NCBI RefSeq assembly: GCF_032062105.1
Contig: NW_026936686.1
Span: forward strand, 1-64,000
Length of the DNA stretch: 64,000 nt
Direction: 5' to 3'
DNA from: Saccostrea cucullata
Lineage: Eukaryota
Below, in pieces: positions 41,490 to 52,349 of the stretch (position 1 is its first letter; each line of letters opens with the position of its first letter). The notes beneath the pieces were generated by a model. That model worked only from the letters and a program-made list of their open reading frames with translations. It had not been told where the DNA came from and searched no databases. A program made the position numbers and the translations under genes.

Positions 41490-42233
41490 TAATAAAATGA
41501 AAGAGGCACTATTGCTTATCATAATTATACACTTAGCATGTGTACTCTAGTTACTTATACCCAGAGTTAGATCAGAGTAACAAAGAGAAAATGCATCTCA
41601 ACTTTATATTTGTGCACCCCACCCCACAGGAACCACTGACCCTGGGGCCACATATTTCAAAATTATTTTTATCATAAATTTATACAGATGTAATCTTTTA
41701 ACGCACTTTGAAAATTTTTTTCAAAGTGCGTTGAGTTGGTTCCAAATTTAACGCACTTTGAAAAAAAAAGTTCAAAGTTTGTTGATTTTGTCCCAATTTT
41801 AATGCACTTTAAAAAAAAAATTTCAAAGTGCATTGCCAAAAGACATCCCTCCTATTCATAACTATGTATATGATTCATTGATTTAATACCCAGGAGCACA
41901 GAAGAAGATTTTTAAAGAATCAATGTATTTTCACTATATAATCAATAGAGCCCCAACCTAACACCAGAACTCCTGACCCTGCATGGGGCCATAATTTACA
42001 ATTGTGGAAGATGCACTCTTGTTAATCATGACTATGTACTTATTTTATTTGATAACCAGGAGCAGATGAGCAGATTTTCAAATCCGTTCACCCATAGATG
42101 CTGTATACCAAATTTGGTTGAAATTGGTTCTGTGGTTCTAGAGAAGAAGCTTGAAATATTCAAAATTTAACGACTGACATACAACGGACGAAAACAGATA
42201 GCAGTAGGTCACCTGAGTTTAGTCAGGTGACCT

Positions 42234-42238
<5 letters not shown>
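41490..42238 (-). mobile_element. HINE second-subfamily copy
   Basis: Terminal hairpin TAGGTCACCTGAG..TCAGGTGACCTAAAAA; shares units with 35698-36690. Confidence 0.7.
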
Positions 42239-42271
<33 letters not shown>

Positions 42272-43559
42272 TAACTTTGGTGTTGCTGTTTTTTAACCGA
42301 TTTCCTCCTATTGTGGCCTAGTCGTACCAACCCCCCCCCTTTCCCCCATGTCACAATTATAACAATTTTGAATGTACACTACCCAAAGATGCTTCCACAT
42401 AAGTTTAAGATTTTCTGCGCATGGCCCAGTGGTTCTTGAGAAGAAATTTTTTTTCTTAAAACATTTCTATGTAAAACTTAGATTCCCTATTGTGGCCCGG
42501 CCCAACCCTCAGGGATCATGATTTTAAAATTTAAAATCTACACTACCCAAGGATGCCTCCACATAAGTTTCAGTTTTACTGGCCCAGTGGTTCTTGAGCA
42601 GAAGATTTTCATAGTTTTTTCCTAAAATATTTCTATGTAAAACTTTGATTCCCTATTGTGGCCCTGCTCAACCCCCGGGGGTCATGATTTTAAAATTTAG
42701 AATCTACACTACCAAAGGATGCTTCCACATAAGTTTCAGCTTTTCTGGCCCAGTGGTTCTTGAGAAGATTTTTAAAGTTTTTTTCCTAAAATATTTCTAT
42801 GTAAAACTTTCATTCCCTATTGTGGCCCCGACCAACCCTCAGGGATCATGATTTTAACAAATTAGAATCTACATTACCCAAGGATGCCTCCACATAAGTT
42901 TCAGCTTTACTGGCCCAGTTGTTCTTGAGAAGAAGATTTTTAAAGTTTTTGCCTATATATTTCCATGTACAACTTTGATTCCCTATTGCGGCCCCGCCCA
43001 ACCCCCGGGGGTCATGATTTTAACAATTTAGAATTTACACTACCCAAAGATGCTTCCATAAAAGTTTCAGCTTTACTGGCCCACTGGTTCTTGAGAAGAA
43101 AATTTTTAATGTTTTTGCTTTTGCTTATATATTTCTATGTAAATCTTGATTCCCTGTTGTGGCCCCGCCCTCCCCCCGGGGGTCATGATTTTAACAATTT
43201 AGAATCTCTACTACCCAAGGATGATTCCACATAAGATTCAGCTTTTATGGCCCAGTGGTTCTTGAGAAGATTATAAAATTTTTTGTCTATATATTTCTAT
43301 GTAAAACTTTGATTCCCTATTGTGGCCCTGCCCTACCCCCTGGGGTCATGATTTTAACAATTTATAATCTCTACTACCCAAGGATGCTTCCACATAAGTT
43401 TCAGCTCTACTGGCCCACTGGTTCTTGAGAAGATTTTTTAATGACCCCACCCTATTTTTGTCTTTTCTTGATTATCTCCCCTTGTGAGGGGTTTTGGCCC
43501 TTCATTTTTACAATTTACACTCCCCTTTACCTATGAATGCTTTGTACCAAGTTTGGTTA

Positions 43560-43590
<31 letters not shown>

Positions 43591-43668
43591 AAAAATGTGA
43601 AAAGTTAACAGACGGACGGACAGCTAGACGGATGACGGACAAAATGTGATCAGAAAAGCTCACTTGAG
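42237..43668 (-). mobile_element. HINE with ~6.5 tandem copies of the ~165-bp satellite-like unit
   Basis: AACAAGAGGCCCATGGGCCACATCGCTCACCTGAG end; ggcccagtggttcttgag recurs every ~158-171 bp; far end truncated at aaaagctcacttgag. Confidence 0.9.
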
Positions 43669-43674
43669 TAATAT

Positions 43675-44100
43675 ACCCCCTCCATTCCCCTGTAATCTTA
43701 ACACACTTTAGTTTACCTGGCTAGGAAATGTATCTCTTTTTTTGACCCCCCCCCCTTCTCCTGTAATTTTTACACACTTCTAGTGTACCTTGCTAAGAAA
43801 TGTATCTCTCATGGACTCATGAGTTACTCTAACATGCTCTAAGTTCGCATTGAGATACTTTTAACTTAATGCCAAGTATATAAGTAGCGTAGGGACCAGC
43901 CTTCACTTGTAGGAGTAACTTTAGTGTAAACCTGACTAGGAAATGTATCTCAACCCCCATTCCCCTGTAATCTTCACACACTTAAGTTTACCTGGCTAGA
44001 AAATGTATCTGCCCCTATTTTCCTGTAATCTTTACCCACTAAAGTTTACCTGGCTAGGAAATGTACCCCTCACCCATTCCCCTGTAATCTCAACACACTT
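43675..44100. repeat. ~55-60-bp tandem repeat (cccctgtaatct..acactt..gtttacctggctaggaaatgta)
   Basis: About five to six recognisable copies. Confidence 0.8.
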
Positions 44101-45318
44101 AACGTAGCTATGGATAGCGATCACGTGACATTGCATGTGAATTCTAAATTAAGAATTTTTCGGTTCGCTTATTTCGGAAATGCGCATAGTTCAATATGGC
44201 GGACTGCTGTTGTAAACAACGTGCTTCGAGAAAAGTACATGGGAAACGTTATAGGAACGCTCAGCTGTAAAGGTAGATCAAGTAAATTAGAGCGAATGAG
44301 AGAATATAACATCTTAAGGTAGAGACCGATAGCAATCACGTGATAGAAAGAATTCGCCTATGTGCACGTGCTGTTTTTCCGGATTCCGCAACACCGTCAA
44401 ATAAAAGTTTCAATTTACACATTATTGTCTACGCTACAAGATGGCCGACGAAGAAATCGAGAAATTTCCTCGATTTAAAAGACAAACCCACCATACAAAT
44501 TTAATCTTCACGGTTCTCGAAATTGAAGCATCTTCATAAGAATCAAAATAGAAGTAATACTGAAACCGACCATCAACATGATTTTGATGAAACTACTCCT
44601 TGTCCGGTGTCCACTTTAGCACCACGTGGGTACACCGTATCGATCTGTGCCTGATGTTGTTTTCAATATAGACATTAAAGATAATGAGCCTGCAGATGTT
44701 AATTGGTAGGACGGAAGAAGTTAAATTTTTGCTGAACAGATTTTTGTTTGCTGTGTCCGTGTCAGATACAGGCATAACGTGATTATTTACGACTTAGTAT
44801 CATGACTATGGTGCTTGTTTGTTTACATACAGGTCTGGTACAACCACTAAAGTTGGCTTGAATTACCTACATCGATTTTTTTACCTTTCGAAAGTAGTTT
44901 TATTTAGCTAAAATGTAAAACTTATTTTATGACCAGACTGTAACTTTTATAGTAGAATAACAAAACCAGTCATTTCTGGTGTCAGAACATGATAAAGGCC
45001 GGATTGGTAAAATTGGCAAAATGTAAAGTAATCATACTTATTCATGCTTAACATACGAGGTGGTGTTTGGTTACTCTGTAACTCGAAGAATGGAAAAAAC
45101 ATATTTTGCTTATATTGTTCACATACAGAAATGTGTAAACATTCTCTGCTTTTAATGAAAGATGCTTTTTAATTCATAATGAACCCTTTGTATAAATGAT
45201 AGAGGACATTTGTCTTTTTGAAATTTTTGAAATAAAAAGCAAATTGTAAAGAGTTGCATCGAGAAAAAAAGAAAGAAACAACTTTAGGATCAAGTGCCAA
45301 AAAATAGGGTCAGTCTGG

Positions 45319-45762
45319 TATGGAAGGGAATTACCGCCAAAAGTCTATGTATCTTGCTTTTATTCTTATTCTGCCTGCTTCTTTATGCTTTGTTATTGTT
45401 GTAATTATATGTCGCTTTATTGTTTTCATATTCGTCTTTATTACATTTCACTTTGACTTTTATCCTTCTTCATTTTGCCCTTACTTCTATGTTGCTTTAT
45501 TCTTGTAGATTCATTTTACTTTCTTTTAAATTGATTCAGTTTCTTAAATGATTATCTCTATTACGAACGTGAATTCAATCACACAAAGAATGAAGCATAT
45601 TCAATGAAGACGAATACAAGTTGTCAAAATTTAGTGCCGCATTATAACGCTAGGTGGCAGGGGTGTTCGCTACGAGTGTTGGTAAAACTAGGTAAGCAAA
45701 CCCGGGCCGGGGTTATTCGAGATTTTCCAATTTTCTGCCTTAATACTTTATCAATCGAACTT
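45319..45762 (+). repeat. Dispersed repeat fragment, inverted copy of 58397-58840
   Basis: Near-identical reverse complement; both copies give the pseudo-ORF MEGNYRQKSMYLAF. Confidence 0.9.
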
Positions 45763-46933
45763 CTGAACTGATCCAATGATGGAAACTCCATATTTATTTT
45801 CTCTGGGCACACAGGAATAGCGGCCTCTTTTTTCAGACATAACTTTATATAATTTGCTGAATATGTTCATGGAAGGGCCGACCCACTTTTTGTAAGGGTA
45901 AGGGTCAAATAAGGTTAATGTAGTATAGTAGGGAAAAATTTAAATTTGATACTATAGAAGAAGTTGAATCTAACCCAAAACCCACCCCGCCCCGAAATAG
46001 GATTCCAATGGCGTCGGACAAAGTGAAAGTTGGGGCCCGGGGGCGGGGGCAAAGTGTAAGAAATATTTTTTAGAACTTCAAAAAAAAAAAAACTTGACAA
46101 GCCAAAAAAAAAAAAAATGTCCACTGTCCAAACACAAAAATCCTATTTCGTGGAGGGGGGGGGGGGTTTGAACCTCAGTGCCTTTTTTTTTCAAAACACC
46201 ACCACTTTCCCTATTTTAAACCTATACTGCATCGTGTCCATGGAAAGGGGGGGGGGGGGGGCTAAACCTACGCAGCAATGTTCAATGTCTGTTCTAAGTC
46301 TATCTTTGGAAAGAAAAGTGGGGGCTAAGCCCCCCTCCCCCTCCCCGGTTCCGACGCCTATGTATTTTCAAGTTTGGACAATTTCCTTTTTTTTTTTTTT
46401 TTTGGTTGTCAAGTTGTTTTCAGCCAGTTAGCTTGAATTTTTAAAAACGATGCTACGTCAGTGTTCTCTCGCCTGAAAAAAATATAACTCTATTAAAGTT
46501 ATTTGTTGGATAATTGAATTCCAGTTTAATTGATATAAAAATGTTAAATATTTTGATACTAGTTACCCCTTATAAATTGATTTATTTTCAGGACCTTCCA
46601 CTGAACTGAACTTTATTTCACGACAAATAGTAACTGCTCATGCGTGTGATTCTAGGGACGGGGCTTTGCAAAGGAGTGAGGAGCGTTATGGGTATGCGAA
46701 GTCGGAACCAGGCTACACCCCAGGCATACTAGAAACTCCCCGGTTATAATATTTTATGCTGAAATAGTACTTTTCAATAAAGAAAAGAAATATCTTTGTA
46801 CGCACCGTATTTTACATCAGCCAGGAGAGCTAAAAAAATCTTAAAACTTGAAAATTCTATTTGGTGGTGGTGAAGGGGAGGGGGGGGGGGGGTTTCGTCA
46901 ACTTTTTTCAGTACCAAATATTACTCACTAAGT

Positions 46934-47997
46934 TACGGAAGCCCGTTGGTGCCACGTACGAAAAATATTTTATCTGGCGGCCGCCACTTATAATTTGGCG
47001 ACCGCCACATATATATCTGGCGGCCGCTACTTATTATTTGGCGGCCGCCACATATATATCTGGCGGCCGCCATTTATTATTTGGCGGCCGCCACTTATAT
47101 ATCTGGCGGCCGCCACATACATGTAATTTATATGGCGGCCGCCACATAAATTATTTCGCAAAATGTGAGTGTTATTGGGTTAAGAAGAAAGAAGATGGAT
47201 GTTGACACAACCGCAGCTTACTGATAAAAAAGAAAATGATAAAAAACGAATTCTGAAATATTGGAACACTATTCTTGGAAATCCAAAATGCAAAACTTTA
47301 TTTAATTCTCAACCAATCATAGCTTACAGCAAACACCATGATTTATGTCCGTGACCCCTGATGAGGCTTCCTAATAATCGAAACACTCTACAAATACTTG
47401 CATAATTCAAATCAAATATTAATCTGCGCTATGCAAAAACATATCTATTAGAGGTGTGGATTGGAGTGTTGGTTCATAAAAAATCTCTTACAAGTTTGGT
47501 TGATTGATGTTGCTATTATAATTTTAACACTGTATCCACCTCTTAAACCACACATTAAAACATGCGTGCGCATCAGGAAGCCAGGTGTTATCTGGCGGCC
47601 GACATATAAATTATGTGGCGGCCGCCAGATATATAAGTGGCGGCCGCCGGATAAATATTTGGCGGCCGCCAGATAAATCATGTGGCGGCCGCCAAATAAT
47701 AAGTGGCGACCGCCAGATGTTATATAGCGGCCGCCAGATAAATTATGTGGCGTCCGCCAGATATTATATAGCGGCCGCCAGAAAAATATGTGTCGGCCGC
47801 CAGAAAAATGTGTGGCGACCGCAAGATAAATTATGTGGCGGCCGCCATAAAAATTATTTGGCGGCCGCCAGATAATAAGTGGCGACCGCCACATAATTAT
47901 CTGGCGGCCGCCAGATATACAAGTGGCGTCCGCCAAATAATAAGTGGCGGCCGCCAGATAAAATATTTTTCGTACGTGGCACCAACGGGCTTCCGTA
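46934..47997. mobile_element. Non-autonomous TIR element with subterminal arrays of GGCGGCCGCC palindromes
   Basis: TIR of more than 55 bp, TACGGAAGCCCGTTGGTGCCACGTACGAAAAATATTTTATCTGGCGGCCGCCAC; flanks ctaagt / ctaaga. Confidence 0.9.
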
Positions 47998-48003
47998 CTA
48001 AGA

Positions 48004-50342
48004 CAGACCCTGAGACGTGCTACTACCCCACACGCTCGCTGCACGAACGGTACACGAACGCTACACGGTTTGCACGAAACGCTGCACGGTTTACACGAAA
48101 CGCTACACGGTTTGCACGAAACGCTACACGGTTTACACGAAACGCTTTGCACGAAAGGCTGCGCGGTTTACATGAAAGGCTGCACGAAACGCTTTGAACA
48201 CGTTTCTCACACGCTTTGTACACGATTCTCGCACGTTTTGGCCTCGGTTTGGATTTTTACACTCGGAATATCTCGGGCATTATTACGGTTTTATCATTAA
48301 TTTAATGGAAATCTTCACAAAGTCACATTTAGCACCTGTTTAAATTAAATATCAATTAACTAGTATTACTTAAACCGATGGAAATATTTAATACTCTGAC
48401 AGTTGTAATTAATAAGTAAATAATTGTCATTTCGTATTTATGTATTTATTTATTTATTTATTTATTAAACTGTTTAAAAACGAAATGCCGATATTATGAA
48501 TGACTGTTTAATAAAATACATTTTTTAATTATATTAGTCATTCATTTCAATGTAATATTTTGACGAGTATAATTTAATAAATTAAACACAAATTCGATTT
48601 CTTACGGCAGGAATATGAACTCATTGATTTTAAATAATATTGATTATATTGTGTTTGATTTCCGTAGGCAGATTATTTTTCTAGATTTTGATTTAGTAAT
48701 AAAATTTGCCTATATACTCTACTGACGATTATTGATACATTTTTTAATGATTTTTTTTATCTTACGTAAGCATTATCTATAGGAGGGAAACCGGTAAAGG
48801 GGGGAGGGGTTAAATGTGATGTCTTAATCTATTTTTATTCTCTTTCTCTTTTTACATGAAGCTTATCAAATAACATCAGAATACCCATCATACTGTAAAA
48901 TCAATCATTTCAAAACCCGACTAAACGTATGTATATATGTGTACACTAATTAATAGTCGCGGCATTTGACTATACATTGTACATACAATGTAGATCGATC
49001 TTTACACCGGCATTCAGGTATATTACAAGAGAACTGAAATATCTTAGATGAAATAAAAAGCACGTGATTTATAAAACAAATAATTTACAATTATTCATGA
49101 TTTACTCCTAAGCTTTTCTTACATGATATTCATGAAAAGACTACCAAATTAGTTCTGTTAATTTTACTGTTTACGGCTAGAAATTTGGATTTACAAATAA
49201 AAGATGAAATCCGCTGATTTATAAGTTGTACCAATTAAATGTTTTTAGAACCATTTTATTTCAAAAACAATAAAATCCAGTCGTAATTTTCAGGTGTCAT
49301 TAAGCCGTGAACTCGTATAACAAAACAGGTTTTCAGTTGCCATGCACTCGGAGCCCGTGATCGCTGTTGTAAATGACCTTGATCACAGTTGAAAGGCGGA
49401 AAGAAGATTCCAATACATTTTTAAGGGGTGTATCTGTGCACATATTTAATAAAGCATTTAAAAAAGAATAGAAAATTAAGCATTTATTTAAACTAACATT
49501 AGATTGAAAGTAACATGTACAACAAAAAATGAAAGACTGTACTAGTAATTTAATTTACCCCCCCCCCCCCTGTTTCTAAACATGTGGTCGTCAGTGCATG
49601 TGAATTAAAATTATAAAATCCATTTATTTGACAATGATGAGCAACAGGTTTCATGTATTAAAATGTATTAAATGACACATCGTTTTAAAACTTTCTTTCA
49701 CGCACTTTAAATGTAAAGACAAGAGCGGAGTCCTGATATATTTTTGCTTTAAATTAAAAAAAAAATTTACCGATATCTTTATTTGAGAAAAAAAATATTT
49801 CAGAAGCCATAATCGCGTTGAAAGTATATTGAATTCAATGCCCTTAAAATTTTTGTACATAGTTGATTAATTTGAACACATTTTCTATAGAAGGAAAAGA
49901 AAACAAACAAATATAAATTATACATTACCGTGTAATTTCATTTTGTTGTTTCTTTTTTTTTTTACTCCTAAAATATCACAAGCATAATTAATTTAATAAC
50001 AAAATACTAATACAATTTAACATCCTGACCCATCGATAGCCATATCTAAAATGAAATGACTTCCGAATGAATCCTACACGATTCTTGCAAGAAAGTCACA
50101 CGTTTCTCACACGGTTCTTACACGAAAGTCGCACGTTTCTCACACGCTTTTCGCACGCTCGCTACACGGTTTGCACGAAACGCTTTGGAGCTTACACGAA
50201 ACGCTGCACGGTTTACACGAAACGCTACACGGTTTGCACGAAACGCTGCACGGTTTACACGAAACGCTACACGGTTTGCACGAAACGGTAAGCGCACGAA
50301 AGTCACACGCTTTTTTGGGGTAGTAGCACGTCTCAGGGTCTG
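48004..50342. mobile_element. Non-autonomous TIR element, 2.3 kb, with 21-bp subterminal repeats
   Basis: CAGACCCTGAGACGTGCTACTACCCCA ... TGGGGTAGTAGCACGTCTCAGGGTCTG; arrays of acacggtttgcacgaaacgct at both ends. Confidence 0.9.
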
Positions 50343-50494
50343 TACATGACTTTTAAAATATAAATTGACTATTAGTGCTGCAACAAAAAGTGTAAGGGAT
50401 GGGGGCAACAAGCCTTTCGCTGAACTTTGCCAGTAGTAAAAAGTCTGTTACGTTTAGGAAAATGTTTCGTGGCCACCCTCCCCTCTACCGGTGC

Positions 50495-50852
50495 TGGCGC
50501 GGATCCAGAAATTTTTTTCTAGGGGGGGTCCACCCCTGTCAAAAAAAAACCCAATCCCAGAAATTTCTTGACAAGCAAAAAAAAAAACAAAAAACAAAAC
50601 AAAAACAAAAAAACCTAAACTCGCCCAAACGTGAAAATCCTACTTCGTTGGGGGGGGGGGGGGGGGGTTGGTTAGGGGGGACTTCTATTGCCTCAAATCC
50701 TTCACTGTTCATACCCATTTCACACATATTCATGTTTACCGGGGGGGATTCCAAGGTAATTTTTTTCTTGCTTTATATATACATTTCTTAACCTTGTAAA
50801 TTCCAGGGGGGGGGGGGGGCTGACCCCCGACCCCCCTCTAGATCCGCGCATG
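50495..50852. mobile_element. Short GCGCGGATC-type MITE
   Basis: gcgcggatccaga ... tctagatccgcgcatg. Confidence 0.6.
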
Positions 50853-50917
50853 TGGTGAAACTTACCCCATAGGAGGTCGTTCAGACGGAAGTCAGTAAAT
50901 ATATTGAGACTTGGGGG

Positions 50918-51232
50918 TGTGATTGTACATTGTATAACGTCCCTTTAAATTGGAGAATTTTTAACTCAAATGGAGAAGCCACCTCTGCCGGCGGAGAGCT
51001 ATAAATTTGTCCTATATACCCGGCACTTATAGCCATTGAGCAGTGAGGGATCTTTTTTCGGGCCAGCACCTACTGCGATACGGGACCTTGGATAATACGG
51101 TCTAGATCTCATCCGAAGGACTGAACTCCACGTCCCATAGTGGGACTATGATTCGAACCCACGACGTATTGATCGACTCCTTACTACTGTGTTTCGTGAC
51201 TCTAGAGCAGACGCCGTAACCACAGTGCCATG
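50918..51232 (-). mobile_element. tRNA-derived SINE
   Basis: Minus strand reads TGGCACTGTGGTTA (A-box) and GGTTCGAATC (B-box); body similar to 12403-12685. Confidence 0.75.
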
Positions 51233-52349
51233 CTGGCGACTGCACCCGGGGGGGGGGGGGGGGGGGCGGGGCTGCGTCCAAGGGGGGGGGGGGGGAGTCA
51301 TTATCCATTAATAATCGTGGAAATTATCTATGTTTAACTAAATGGTTAAAATGATTTAATTATTAACCACTATTAAAATGATATCATTAAAAAATTTATT
51401 CATATAGGACGGATAACTTTTCTTCAAAAACTGAAAATGTTAGTATATAAACATTGTTTTACGATTTAAAAAAAAAAACTATTCGGGGGAGGGGTTTCTA
51501 TGAAGGGGGACGAATTGCTATATACAGCGAGATTGCCCACGGAAGACTAGCTATATATTAAAACTTCCCCGGGGGAAGTCTCACTGTATAATCTTCCGAA
51601 GAAAGCATCACTATCACGGCGGGGAATCTACGTCATCAATCGGGATTAGAGCACACAAAAATGGCGAACATTTTGTCGACTGAAGCTATGAAATTGCATT
51701 TTATGTTCAAGGATCGCAATATATGGAGACTTCAGGTAACCTAAAGAATGTAGAAAAGGTAGCAGGTCTATAATCTTTAAAAAAATTCCTGAATTTAACG
51801 TTAAATTTGCCAAACACTTCGACACAGTTATTGACGTGAGCGCGAAGTGTTGGGGTATAGGGCACACAATTTTACAAAAAAATCGCATATGTACAAATAT
51901 CCACAAAATGGTGACTGTCTAAGCTTAGAAATAATAACCCATATGTTAGAAGTATGTTTTTTATGTTACTTTTTATGTAAGACTTTTAAATTACGGTTGG
52001 AAAATACGATTTTATTTGTGTCTTGGTGAAACTGATATAGGTCACACAAGTTATAAAGAAGGTATGGGGCACACTTTTTTTATTGATGTACAGCTTCCAG
52101 TACTTTTTAAGCTTACATAATTCTATCATACGCACTAAAAATTTAATTAATCGAGCTTTACTTGATACTTCTTAATTGAAGTTTTCAAATTGACTTCTTA
52201 AAAATGAGTTTTTGTTGATTAAGTCCTCTTTCAAACATCAACTGTGAAAACTGATAATTATTTTAAAGAAAATATACCTTTTACAAAAGATATCTAATAT
52301 AACATATTATTTAAAAAAAAATTTAAAAATTGTAGATCAAACGAAATAA

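Noticed and set aside
44106-44850. Possible gene start or transposon end (repeated gatagc.atcacgtga, aagatggccg)
   Set aside because: No recognisable protein motif or partner terminus.
46861-48300. Many overlapping ORFs, and a CRISPR-like repeat/spacer appearance
   Set aside because: Products of short tandem repeats inside MITEs. Spacers are ~9 bp and related to each other, there are no cas genes, and the context is eukaryotic.
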